A stretch of DNA of 64,000 bases from assembly GCF_006345805.1 (NCBI RefSeq), contig NC_043020.1:19530001-19594000 (forward strand), given 5' to 3'. Below the pieces are notes generated by a model that did not search any database, was not told the DNA's origin, and worked only from the letters and a program-made list of their open reading frames with translations. The position numbers and the translations under genes are program-made. This DNA comes from Octopus sinensis. Lineage: Eukaryota. This document shows, piece after piece, positions 24,726 to 36,582 of this stretch (its first letter is position 1; every line of letters starts with the position of its first letter).

Positions 24726-25281
24726 TCACTATTAAAAATGGTTTGAGAATGCATCCAGTGTATCTTTTCTTAAAATAAGAATTGGAGACATTTTTGAGGT
24801 CATTTATCATTATGACTCATGGAGTTATGCCAAACAGCTACTGTTGAGAGTAAGAGGGATTTGGCTATCAGCTGAGTCCACTGTAAGGATTGTCCCTCCA
24901 TCTTCCTTAGGTTAGAAAAAACAAGCAGTTTTTATCAGCCTGGTGGCTTTGTCAAAAGAGGTTGTATGGTGGATGATATGAAAAAGGCAGAAGCCACCCT
25001 CTTTGGGCAAGTTCTCACCAACTTTTTTTCAAGTATCACTTGAAAAGAAAAGTAGGAAAGAGAGAGAGAGGCAAGTACTGCCTCCCAACAAATTTGTTGG
25101 AAGATGGACAACAGTAGACAACATGGTCTGAGTGAATGGGTTGACTTAGAGCATATGAATGAAGATTGGAGGAGCACAACTACAAAAGGGCACTTGCCTT
25201 AGTGGTCAAGATGACTAAGGTTTGGTAGGGGGAGGGGTCCATGAATAGCTTTCAGAAATCATCCCATTTGAGGAATTTCTT

Positions 25282-25282
25282 T

Positions 25283-25319
<37 letters not shown>

Positions 25320-25375
25320 AGCAGCAGCAGCAACAGTAGCAGCAGCAGCAGCAGTAGCAGTACTAGTAGTAGTAT

Positions 25376-25418
<43 letters not shown>

Positions 25419-25493
25419 TGTTGTTGTTGTTGTTGTTGTTGTAGCAGTAGTAGTAGTAGTAGTACTTAGCAGCAGCAGCAGCAGTAGCAGTAC

Positions 25494-25527
<34 letters not shown>

Positions 25528-25578
25528 TGTTGTTGTTGTTGTTGTTGTTGTAGCAGTAGTAGTAGTAGTAGTACTAGT
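25282..25578. repeat. Compound (CAG)/(TAG)/(TTG) microsatellite with a duplicated higher-order block
   Basis: Block CAGn-TAGCAGTAC-TAGn-TTGn-TAGCAG-TAGn-TACT occurs twice in tandem. Confidence 0.9.
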
Positions 25579-26519
25579 AGGTCGATTTTTATTTGATTAG
25601 CTGGTAAACAAAAGCTGGTATCTTGCATTTGTTGATACAATTTTAGGATGGGGTCAGATAAATATAGCAGTTATTAACATATTTTTGATTAATTAAATGA
25701 ACTTTAATTACTAAAAAAAAACGTTTCTTCCAAAGACAGTTTGTAGCAGGAATGCAAGTAGTACATATTGAATAAACATCTTTGCAGAGTAAACATCATA
25801 AGTCTGTAAACATTTTCACATTGTAAATATATAAAGAGAGGAGTAAGAGGGAGAGGAGAGAGAGAGAGAGATACATACATAAATATAAATGTACAACTCA
25901 TTCATACACACACACACAATTAAAATCCAAGTTGTGTTTTTTCCCTTCCTTTTTTTTACTTTGTGGAGTTGGTTTCTCTCTTTGTGTCATGCAATAGAAG
26001 TGAGGAAGAAGGAAGCAGTGGCTGTACTTAGAGATTTGGAAGCATGAGAAATAAAGTATAAGAAAGAGAAAGGGAGAGGGAGAGAGAGAGAGGGGGTCCT
26101 TAAGTCAGTGGTCAAACCAAGCTGTCAGGTGAGTAGACAGTGAAATAAAGGTATGATGAAAGAAAGACTAGGAGGAAGAGATAGCATGCATGAGAAAAGA
26201 GAAATGAAAAGAAGAAAGACAGTCTCCAATATGATAAAATAAGAGTGGTGTGACAAGTGGATAAATGTTCAACAGAAGGAGACAGAAACAGAGATAGGTA
26301 GAAACATAGAAAGACAGTGAAAGAGAGAGAGAGAGAGAGCGAGAGAGATTCATGTAAGATATGAAGTAAGGCACAGAGAAGATGTTGAGAATGAGAAAAT
26401 ATAAAAGCAGATGATTTCAATAGCAAAGAATATGAAAAGCATCTCCTCCATAGGGTTCTGTCAGAAGCAACTGTCATTAGACTTTCTGGCAGGATTCCCA
26501 AGCATGACCAACTGAGACT

Positions 26520-26930
26520 ATGGATGGCAGAAACGTCAGCACGCTGGGCGAAATGCTTAGCGGTATTTCGTCTGCCGTTATGTTCTGAGTTCAAATTCCG
26601 CTGAGGTTGACTTTGCCTTTCATCCTTTCGGGGTCGATTAAATAAGTACCAATTACGCACTGGGGTCGATACAATCAACTTAATCCATTTGTCTGTCCTT
26701 GTTCGTCCCCTCTGTTTTTAGCCCCTTGTGGGTAGTAAAGAAATAGGTATTTTACCCGTCGTTACGTTCTGAGTTCAAATTCCGCTGAGGTCAACTTTGC
26801 CTTTCATCCTTTCGGGGTCGATTAAATAAGTACCAGTCATACCCTGGGATCGATATAATCAACTTAATCCGTTTGTCTGTCCTTGTTTGTCCTCTCTGTG
26901 TTTAGCCCCTTGTGGGTAGTAATGAAATAG
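26520..26930 (+). mobile_element. SINE family B head-to-tail dimer
   Basis: Full unit followed by an internal-restart second unit. Confidence 0.85.
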
Positions 26931-27904
26931 GATATATTATCCAACCATCTTGTTCTTGGTCTATCCCTCAGTCTCCTCCCAATCGGCTCAGCTTGAAGAA
27001 TCCATCATGTGATTCTTTTCTGCAACATTCTAATTGTCTGGAGACAAATGAATAAGAGTAAGAGAGTCTACCTCTCTGGGCTAACAGGTAGCTGGAGTGA
27101 AAGTTGTATTGTGGTGTGATCACAATCCATAAGTGAAGGGTGAGAAAGAGGTGTTCTTCGGCTAGGCACCAAGTGACCAAAGAGATAGAACCGATTTTCG
27201 GTTCTGTATTTATATTTTTTTGCTGACTAAATTAAGTCAGGCTAGACAAAGGATTTTCTGTCTCTTATCTGCCTCAACCCGATTTAGCCTAAGAATGTTA
27301 ATTTAAACAATAGAACTTAACTAAGTGTGACGATTGACTCTTATAAAATTCAGCAAAAGCTGAAAACAATAAGGAACTGATAGGAAAGTGCAGATTCTGT
27401 TTCGAATTCTGGCTAAGAATCTAGTAAGCTATTCATTACATATGTATAAAAATGTATTCGTAAACATTTATATATACCTATATATGTATGTATGAATGTA
27501 TGTATGTATGTATGTAAGTATGTATGTATAAATGTATGTATATATATATGTATATGTATATGCATATATATATATATATACGCACACGTGTGTGTGTTAG
27601 AGCGTCCTTCTCCTAGAAGAGTTGCCTTCACCATGGCTAATATGCCTCATCTGCCCCCACATACACACAGAAAAAATATATACATATGTAAACATTTTTA
27701 AAAACAGATGTAGAATTTGAAATTTTTACAATTTAAAAATGTCTTTTTAATAAAAATAAATAAACACATAGATAAATAAATCAATTCAAAATTAAGAATA
27801 TAAATAAAAATAAAAAAAGATATCTAAATATATATATATATATATATAAAAGATATATAAATATATAAAAAGATATATAAAAAAAGAAAAAGATATTAAA
27901 AAAA

Positions 27905-29925
27905 TCCAGGTCATGGTAATGACAGCTACTTAATTGGCTGCACTATCAAAGCCATGACTGTTGATGGGGACAGACTGGGCTCTTGTTTTGAAATGAAGCC
28001 ATGATTAGGACAACCAGTATAGGAGAATAAAGCTCTGAATTTAAATTGACTTACCACTGCTGGCTTGCAGTCTCCTTTTGAGGAAAAGCCTAGGAGAAGG
28101 TACTCCGATATAAAAGCTGCAGTCATCTTGTTTGCTTGTCACTGGAATCTACTATTTTGACTTAGAGTGTGGCAAAAGTGTTGTACAAGCGTTTGTCACA
28201 GAAATCCAATGAAGTACAGATGTCCCCGACAAAACTCCATCATCGTACAATCATCACTTTCCAAAAGTCCTATGGTGACAGAGGCATGGCAATGTATTCA
28301 GATTTGACCGGTTGGAAGCATACAGTTACAAATCTGCACATAAGGTGGCAGGGTTCTTATCTTATCTTAACATTGCTAACATGTCTTCATGGGCAGGAAC
28401 TGTTTCCGGTGGAGAATCCTGTATCTGAGCAGTGCTTTTAAGGAGAGCAGTGCTTTTAAGGAGAGCACCGCTCTCTTGCATATACTGGGAAGGTGCTAAA
28501 AAGGTGCTCTAGAAATTGTCCTTTCTCTGCTGGTTAATTTACTGTGGTTAACGGTGGTTCAATTTAGCAGGAACGAACAAAGAATTGATATAAACAATGA
28601 TAACAAGCATGCAAGGAATAAGGTTTCTCTAAACCTGGTCTGCTGGAATGTGCGAACCCTTTTAGATTGAGCACATAGGCCTGAAAGAAGAACAGCTCTA
28701 GTAACTAAGGAGATAAGGCGTCTTAATGTTGCAGCTCTTTCTGAAACAAGAAGTTCAAATGAAGATCATCTTGTCGAAAGGGTGGCAGGTTTCACATTAT
28801 TCTGGGTTGGGAAACCAAAGGGAGAGAAAAGGGAACCGAACATTTTTGTGAATGGAACAAGGTTAGAAGTTGTTGACACTTTTGTTTACCTTGGAAGCAC
28901 ACTATCAAGAGATGGTAGTCTTGATGAAAAAATATACTATCGAATAGGGAAGGGAAGTGTTGCATTTGGAAAGCTCAAAAAGCAACTATGGGTGGGTAAA
29001 GGTATTTCCCTGCAGACAAAAATCAGTGTCTATAAAGCATGTGTATTGTCTGCACTTCTTTATTCAAGTGAGACATGGACCACTTACAAACATCATACAA
29101 AAATGCTGGAGAGATTTCATCAAAAGGGTCTCAGACTTATATTAGCAGTCAAGTGGGAATGTTTCATACCAGATACAGAAATTTTGCGCATGGCATGTTG
29201 CAGCTCAGTTGAACAACATGTTATCTTGGCTCAAATGAGATGGACTGGACTATTAGAATGAAAGACGAGCATTTACCAAAGCGTCTTTTTTATGGTAATC
29301 TCAACTTTGGTAAGCGACCAAGCATAAGCCAAGAAAAAGGTATAAAGACTGTGTGAAGGAAAACCTAAAGAAACTAGATATGAACAAAAGTGATCAGGAA
29401 TATGATGTTCTAGATTAGAACAAGTGGAGAGATGCTTTTAGGATTGGTTGCAATGCCTGGGAGAAAAAGATGATTCAGCACTCTGACCTTAAAAGGACTG
29501 GACAAAGGATCAACAGTGAACATTGGATATGTATTGTATGTGATCATGTTCTGTTGTCAAAAGCAAGATATGTGAATTATATGAAGTCACATGAAAATCG
29601 AAATACCCAGACAAGTAATTATCTTGGACATCAACCACCTCATAGAACTTATGTCACATGTCAAAAAACTTGTAAGACAATATCTGGAATTAAAAGACAT
29701 ATGCTAGTTCACAAAACTTTTCTTTCAGAATCAGATTCCAAAGGGCAAAGATATAGAAGAAACTTGAATAATATCTGTCACTCGTGTTTTAAACCCTGTC
29801 AGTTGGCAGCTGTTCTTAAAAGTCATCTAAGGGCTCAACAACAAAGGGGGGGATTGTGCTGTGTGATGGGGTGTCATGTGTGTGTTGATGGGGCAGCTAT
29901 CATCTGTCAAAATGAAGCAATCATC
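27905..29925 (+). mobile_element. RTE-clade LINE, internally deleted (5' UTR, EN start, RT end, C2H2 fingers, TA tail)
   Basis: LNLVCWNVRTLLD..AALSETR..FTLFWVGKPKGEKRE is fused directly to PNIFVNGTRLEVVDTFVYLGSTLS..LLYSSETWT..QMRWTG..PKRLFYG, then CIVCDHV and C..CFKPC fingers. Confidence 0.85.
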
Positions 29926-29962
29926 ATATATATATATATATTATATATATATATATATATAT

Positions 29963-30240
29963 AAATAAATGAAAGAATGGAGTCCAACGAAGATTTTTAA
30001 CAAAATTCCTTTACTCTCAACACATGTTTCAAAGACTGCATACTCTTAATTCCGAAGGAATAAAGGGTGCATTATGCCGTCTTCCCATCAGGAAAGACAA
30101 GGAACCTCTATCAGCCTCAAGATGAACAAAAACTTTTGATGACTACCTACATGTAGCTTCAACCGTGTTTTCTGACGTGAATTTGCTACCCAGGTATCGA
30201 TTAACCGAATTATCCATACTAGGATAATTCATTCACCTAC
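29963..30240 (-). mobile_element. Solo Penelope pLTR-like relic between two (TA)n tracts
   Basis: About 280 bp of non-microsatellite sequence bounded by (TA)n, containing an HHR-like motif. Confidence 0.5.
30014..30096 (-). ncRNA. Hammerhead-like motif with A9G core substitution
   Basis: CTTTC-CTGATGG-GAAGAC(42 nt)GTCTTT-GAAA-CATGTG-TT-GAGAG. Stems I, II and III all pair, GUU triplet. Confidence 0.65.
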
Positions 30241-30545
30241 TTATATATATATATATATATATGATCTACATATTTTATATAAACACCCACATATTCGTTA
30301 ATACATGCATACATACAGACACAAAAGTACATCCTTCATATATACACATAAATGCATATATATACAGATACACATTACGTACACACACCACATACATATG
30401 CATGTATACATATATACATGCATACACATGCATATAGATACACACATAGATAAACAAGTACACACATACAAAAATACATATACACATACAAACATACATA
30501 CACACACACACACAAGCACACATAGACACATATACATATATACAA
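30241..30545. repeat. (TA)/(CA)/(TACA) compound microsatellite
   Basis: Direct inspection. Confidence 0.9.
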
Positions 30546-31401
30546 GGTATCAAGTAAATAAACCATGTAGTTGCCATGTAACCCACACCCTTCTGAAGAA
30601 ACTATCAAGCTCTAATTACTAAATATTAGAGAATGACGTCTCCTGCATAATAACCCTTACTTCCTTCCATTTAATTAACTGGAATTCAAAGAATTGTTAA
30701 ATAATTGGAACCATTCCCTGGAGTTTTGGACTGGTAAAATTTGAATATTTTCCGATTTGCTGAATAGATTTTTTTTTTTAAGTGAATGATCAGCAAGAAA
30801 GATATTATTCTAAACGTTTATAAGAATCACCGTTCCAACAGAGAGTCAAATTACAAATGGGAGAGGTTTGTGAATTGCACTTACCCCTAGTATGTGACTG
30901 GTACTTTATTTCATGGATGAACCTTCAGAAGGATGAAGGGTAGAGCTGGACTCGGCAGGATTCAAATTCGGTGTGCAAAGAGATGGAACAAATGCCGCAA
31001 AACATTTCTTTTTCTGACTTTCGATTCTGTTAATCCACTGCTAGGATAATCTCCTGATTATCTAATGAAGTAACTGACTCCATTAGAGCAATATGGTGCT
31101 GTGTATTTGGTGACGAGTTGTGACAATAATTACTTGACCGAAAATATTAACTTTTATGCAATTATCATCATCGTCGTCATTGTCATCATCATCATCACCA
31201 TCATCACCGTCATCATCAGCAGCAGCAGCACCACTACAAGCTTGTAGTGATAAATTGCATGGTTATTGACGTTGTGTCTATTTTCGGCATTAAAACTTTT
31301 TTCTTTTGTCCTTACTTATAAATTGTTTATAAATTTAACCTTTAAAGGTATTTTTTAATCTGTTAGCAATTGATAGAATTTTTAAAAAATGCTATCCTAT
31401 A

Positions 31402-31402
31402 T

Positions 31403-31475
<73 letters not shown>

Positions 31476-31580
31476 TATATATATATGTATATATATATAT
31501 ATTTATGTATGTATATATATATATAAAAATGTAAGATCCATACCGTAGCTTTTGTATATATATATATGTATATATGTGTA

Positions 31581-31612
<32 letters not shown>
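31402..31612. repeat. (TA)n compound microsatellite
   Basis: Direct inspection. Confidence 0.95.
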
Positions 31613-31617
<5 letters not shown>

Positions 31618-31639
31618 AAAAAGCAACAAAAGTATCACA

Positions 31640-31686
31640 AAAACTGTTACTCAAGAGTTTTACATTCCCGTTCATCAGACAGTTTT
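31640..31686 (-). ncRNA. Minimal hammerhead motif (GAAA mutated to AAAA)
   Basis: AAAACTGT-CTGATGA-ACGGGAATGT-AAAA-CTCTTGAG-TA-ACAGTTTT. 8-bp stem I, stem III CTC/GAG, GUA triplet. Confidence 0.7.
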
Positions 31687-31701
31687 GCTTAGAAAGTAAA
31701 G

Positions 31702-31747
31702 AAAACTGCCTGACGAACAGGAACATGAAACTCTGATTAACAGTTTT
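31702..31747 (+). ncRNA. Minimal hammerhead motif (core intact, stems decayed)
   Basis: AAAACTGC-CTGACGA-ACAGGAACAT-GAAA-CTCTGAT-TA-ACAGTTTT. Diverged inverted copy of 31640-31686. Confidence 0.65.
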
Positions 31748-31875
31748 CATGATATTTTTGCTGCTCTTTTAAAAAGCATATTACTCTACCTCTGGTATTC
31801 GAGTACTATTTTCCCACCTTGTTTCGCATTTATGCGCTTACACTTGTATATATATATATAGGGGTAAAATTTGAA

Positions 31876-34013
31876 AAATCAATGAAAATGCACATTGCAA
31901 ATAAAAAAAGGCTATTTATGACAGGTAACAACAAATATATACATTTAGATAGACTGAGGTAGTAATAAGAGTCATAAAAGTCATTATTATGAGATGATTA
32001 TAAGATGATAATAAAGTAAGAGAACAAAGCGAACCATGGTTTACGCAAAGCTATTCATCGCTTGAAAAACACCGGCTAATAGTTCCTGAGAAAAAAGATT
32101 ATTTGTAAGGGAGGTAAGTAGTTCTGGATTATTTGTAAGGGAGGTAAGTAAATCAAACTTCCTCGACATATTACTCAAACCTCTTTTAAAATATGTGAAA
32201 AGCTTTATCAGGGAAGACCTAGACATGCTGAACCACCTCCCGAAGACAGTAAAGGATGGAACACTACTGGTATCTTTCGATGTGGTGAATCTATACACCA
32301 ATATCCCACACGACTATGTTATAGAAGCAATCGTATTTTGGCTAGGAAAATACCCAGAAAAGATCCCAGGACGAATTAACCACAATTTTATAATTGAAGC
32401 ACTGAAATTTGTCCTGCTGAACAATCATTTCTTGTTAGATACTACTTACTATCGACAAAAATGCGGAATTGCAATGGGAACCAGAGCTGCTCCAGTGATT
32501 GCAAACCTCGTAATGGGTTACCACGAGCTCAAGTTATACCAATCATCACTAGAAAAATATGGCGCCTCTTTTAATTGCTACTTAAAGGAGGACTGGAAGA
32601 GATATTTGGATGATTGCTTCATACTTTGGAAAGACAGCATGGATCAACTCCTTGATTTCAAAAGAATGCTCAACAACATACACAGCAATATACAATTCAC
32701 TATGGAACACAACAGTAAGCACTTCCCTTTTCTAGACATCTTAATTAGAATAGTTAACAACCACATAGAAACAGACATCTTTTATAAACCCATAGATTCT
32801 AAACAATACCTATTATTTAACTCCTGCCACCCCAAACTATTAAAAATCAACATACCCTTTAACCTAGCAAAAAGAATCTACACCATAGTTTCTGATACAT
32901 ACACTCGAGAACATAGACTCCTTGAACTTAGATCTCCACTAACTAAAAGACATTACCCAATCTCATTAGTAAATGAAGGCATCAAAAGAGCTAAGGAAAT
33001 AGATATACAAATGTTAAGGAAAACTAGCCGAAATACTAAACAAGACTTAAAAATACTCCCGTACATTTCCACACATAACCCTAGAAACAACAAAGCCTTC
33101 AACATCATCACCCAAAATCTTCCCATCCTCACAGCAGACAAAACAATGAACGAAATTTTAAGCTCATATAAAATTATAAAAAGCAAAAAGCAACCGAAGT
33201 CACTGAAAAAAATATTAACCAGCACTAGACTGTATCCACTAACAACAGAGCCAAATGTGACAAAATGTGGATGTTCTAACTGTGGAACATGCCCCCACCT
33301 TCTGGAGGGTTCAGAATTCCAATTCAAACAAGGAGAAATATTTAAGATCAAATCAAATTTCACCTGCGCCTCAGTAAATGTAATCTATGTCATGACATGC
33401 ATAGGATGTGGAAAACTCTATATTGGACAAACAGGAATTTCGCTCCATCAAAGAATCACCAGTCACAAAGAGCAAATCCATCACCCACAATACAGACAGT
33501 TAAAGGTGAGTGAACACATAGAAAGGTGTGCCAGGAATCTTAATCCCAATTTCCAAATATTTCCCTTTCACTAATGTTCACAGAACACTACAATACAACA
33601 AAGGTTGAATAAAGAGGCATTTTTCATCAATAAATTTTTCCCCCAACTAAATATGAACACACAACTCAATACAGAACACCACTAACTCTTCAATTGAAAC
33701 CACTAACCCCTATACACTTCCTACGCCACTCGTATCTCTAAATCCAGAACTACTTACCTCCCTTACAAATAATCTTTTTTCTCAGGAACTATTAGACCTG
33801 ACACCGTGTATTAGCCGGTGGTTTTCAAGCGATGAATAGTTTGCGCAAGTCATGGTTCGCTTTGTTCTCTTACTTTATTATCATCTTATAATCATCTCAT
33901 AATAATGACTTTTATGACTTTTATTACTACCTCAGTCAATCTAAATGTATATATTTGTCGTTACCTGTAATAAATAGCCTTTTTTTATTTGCAATGTGCA
34001 TTTTCGTTGATTT
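31876..34013 (+). mobile_element. Penelope-like element, 5'-truncated, with inverted 5' pLTR (31876-32150) and 3' pLTR (33742-34013)
   Basis: The two pLTRs are reverse complements and flank an RT plus GIY-YIG ORF. (TA)n on both outer sides. Confidence 0.92.
32151..33660 (+). CDS. Penelope-like reverse transcriptase plus GIY-YIG endonuclease (5'-truncated; open to 33574, frame resumes after one stop)
   Basis: SFDVVNLYTNIP, GIAMGT, RYLDDCF, PFLDIL, CHP; CxxCxxCxxC linker; NVIYVMTCIGCGKLYIGQT; after TAA the frame continues CSQNTTIQQRLNKEAFFINKFFPQLN. Confidence 0.9.
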
Positions 34014-34059
34014 CCACATTTCCACGTGTATTTTATATTTCCTTTTTGTAACATATTTC

Positions 34060-34101
<42 letters not shown>

Positions 34102-34197
34102 ATAAAACGGTAAGATAACAAAAGAAAGAAAGAGACCTCAATATTATGTAAATAGAGGAAATTTATCTATACAATATGTTACATTACTCGGTAGTCA

Positions 34198-34260
34198 AGA
34201 TAAAACTCTGAGTTTCAGATGCCGAAGTGGAAATCCACAACACCATCTCTTCGGTTATCT
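34198..34260 (-). ncRNA. Hammerhead-like motif in pLTR (mirror of 36491-36553)
   Basis: Exact reverse complement of the plus-strand copy. Confidence 0.55.
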
Positions 34261-35294
34261 GGCTATTTGAAAACGTTATGAAAAAATACCGTTAAAAATG
34301 AAGGGAAATTACTCTGTTATAACTCTGCTTTGCCTGCGTACTTATACATCGCTCGCATTTTTCGTCATAAAAATTATATAAAAATACATAAAAATATATA
34401 AAAATATATAAAAATATATAAAATCTTCTTGGGACATAACACAGAAAGCATGTTCTATCCGTTTTCTTTAGGGGACCAAAAACGTAACAGAAATTTAGTC
34501 ACATGTGGGCATGATCCGAAAAGCTCTGTCCTTGTATTTAGACATGTGGTAGGGTCTAAGCTGCTTTTCCAGATAAGCCATCTCTCCATGTCGCATAAAC
34601 CGCACCTTCCGCTGCCGTTAGTATAGGGCTTACATCTGGCCAAAATCTTCCATTGTATGTTATAATCGACACCTTTATCTCTTAAAGACCAAATATGATT
34701 GGATAATTGTGTCGCTTTTCTTTTGTTCCAGTGCCTAAAGCTCAAAGTGTGGTTATTGAACCTGGCCTTGAAATTACCCTCTGTCAGGCCCACGTATTTC
34801 TTCGTCGAAACGGTGTCTTTAGTGGTTATAGAGTTTACGGTAGCTTCATATATGATGGTCTTGGACATGCAAGCTCCATTTAGCGGGCACAATTCTTTAT
34901 TCCTGCATGAACAGCTGTTTTCTTCTTGTGTTTTTTGTATGTTATGATTGATTATGTTTTTAAAATTGGTAGTTGAACTAAAACTAATTTTTAAATTGTG
35001 TCTATTGAAGAGTTTCCTATAAGCATGGTTAACTGGAAAATGTCTATCTATCAGTGCTAGGAAATATTTACCTATATTGAAGGCCACCTCGGGTGAGTAA
35101 GGGGGCGTAAACCAGATGACCTTCCTATTTCTATTATTCCTTTTCCTTATTGTTGGGCTGGTGATAGGTGTATATTTTATTTTTTCGCTAAAACCACTAT
35201 CTTTTAAAGCTTTATTATAAACTGGGGCAACGCTATTGAAGATGTCCTCATTAGATGAGAGGCTAGAAATCCTCTTACTAATATTTTTAACTAA

Positions 35295-36296
35295 GTCGGA
35301 CTTAGTATAACTATAGACACTAACCTGAGGGTTGTCAATTTCTTAGACGTTTCCTTAGATCTTAATAATAATATTTATAAGCCTTATAGGAAGCCCAATG
35401 ATAGACTAAGTTATATTAATGTAGGTTCATGCCATCCCCCTATAGTATTCAAAAATTTAGTTAAAAATATTAGTAAGAGGATTTCTAGCCTCTCATCTAA
35501 TGAGGACATCTTCAATAGCGTTGCCCCAGTTTATAATAAAGCTTTAAAAGATAGTGGTTTTAGCGAAAAAATAAAATATACACCTATCACCAGCCCAACA
35601 ATAAGGAAAAGGAATAATAGAAATAGGAAGGTCATCTGGTTTACGCCCCCTTACTCACCCGAGGTGGCCTTCAATATAGGTAAATATTTCCTAGCACTGA
35701 TAGATAGACATTTTCCAGTTAACCATGCTTATAGGAAACTCTTCAATAGACACAATTTAAAAATTAGTTTTAGTTCAACTACCAATTTTAAAAACATAAT
35801 CAATCATAACATACAAAAAACACAAGAAGAAAACAGCTGTTCATGCAGGAATAAAGAATTGTGCCCGCTAAATGGAGCTTGCATGTCCAAGACCATCATA
35901 TATGAAGCTACCGTAAACTCTATAACCACTAAAGACACCGTTTCGACGAAGAAATACGTGGGCCTGACAGAGGGTAATTTCAAGGCCAGGTTCAATAACC
36001 ACACTTTGAGCTTTAGGCACTGGAACAAAAGAAAAGCGACACAATTATCCAATCATATTTGGTCTTTAAGAGATAAAGGTGTCGATTATAACATACAATG
36101 GAAGATTTTGGCCAGATGTAAGCCCTATACTAACGGCAGCGGAAGGTGCGGTTTATGCGACATGGAGAGATGGCTTATCTGGAAAAGCAGCTTAGACCCT
36201 ACCACATGTCTAAATACAAGGACAGAGCTTTTCGGATCATGCCCACATGTGACTAAATTTCTGTTACGTTTTTGGTCCCCTAAAGAAAACGGATAG
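35295..36296 (+). CDS. Penelope-like RT C-terminus/thumb plus GIY-YIG endonuclease (5'-truncated, uninterrupted)
   Basis: Open frame from the truncation point: GLSITIDTNLRVVNFLDVSLDL..YRKPND..CHPP..IWFTPPYS..CSCRNKELCPLNGAC..IIYEATV..KYVGLTEGNFKARFNNH..CGLC..LNTRTEL. Confidence 0.9.
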   Translation, partial: VGLSITIDTNLRVVNFLDVSLDLNNNIYKPYRKPNDRLSYINVGSCHPPIVFKNLVKNISKRISSLSSNEDIFNSVAPVYNKALKDSGFSEKIKYTPITSPTIRKRNNRNRKVIWFTPPYSPEVAFNIGKYFLALIDRHFPVNHAYRKLFNRHNLKISFSSTTNFKNIINHNIQKTQEENSCSCRNKELCPLNGACMSKTIIYEATVNSITTKDTVSTKKYVGLTEGNFKARFNNHTLSFRHWNKRKATQLSNHIWSLRDKGVDYNIQWKILARCKPYTNGSGRCGLCDMERWLIWKSSLDPTTCLNTRTELFGSCPHVTKFLLRFWSPKENG

Positions 36297-36490
36297 AACA
36301 TGCTTTCTGTGTTATGTCCCAAGAAGATTTTATATATTTTTATATATTTTTATATATTTTTATGTATTTTTATATAATTTTTATGACGAAAAATGCGAGC
36401 GATGTATAAGTACGCAGGCAAAGCAGAGTTATAACAGAGTAATTTCCCTTCATTTTTAACGGTATTTTTTCATAACGTTTTCAAATAGCC

Positions 36491-36553
36491 AGATAACCGA
36501 AGAGATGGTGTTGTGGATTTCCACTTCGGCATCTGAAACTCAGAGTTTTATCT
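36491..36553 (+). ncRNA. Hammerhead-like motif in the Penelope 3' pLTR
   Basis: AGATAA-CCGAAGA-GATG...CATCT-GAAA-CTCAGAG-TT-TTATCT. 6-bp stem I, stem III CTC/GAG, GUU triplet. U4C variant and a 1-nt register slip at stem II. Confidence 0.55.
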
Positions 36554-36582
36554 TGACTACCGAGTAATGTAACATATTGTAT

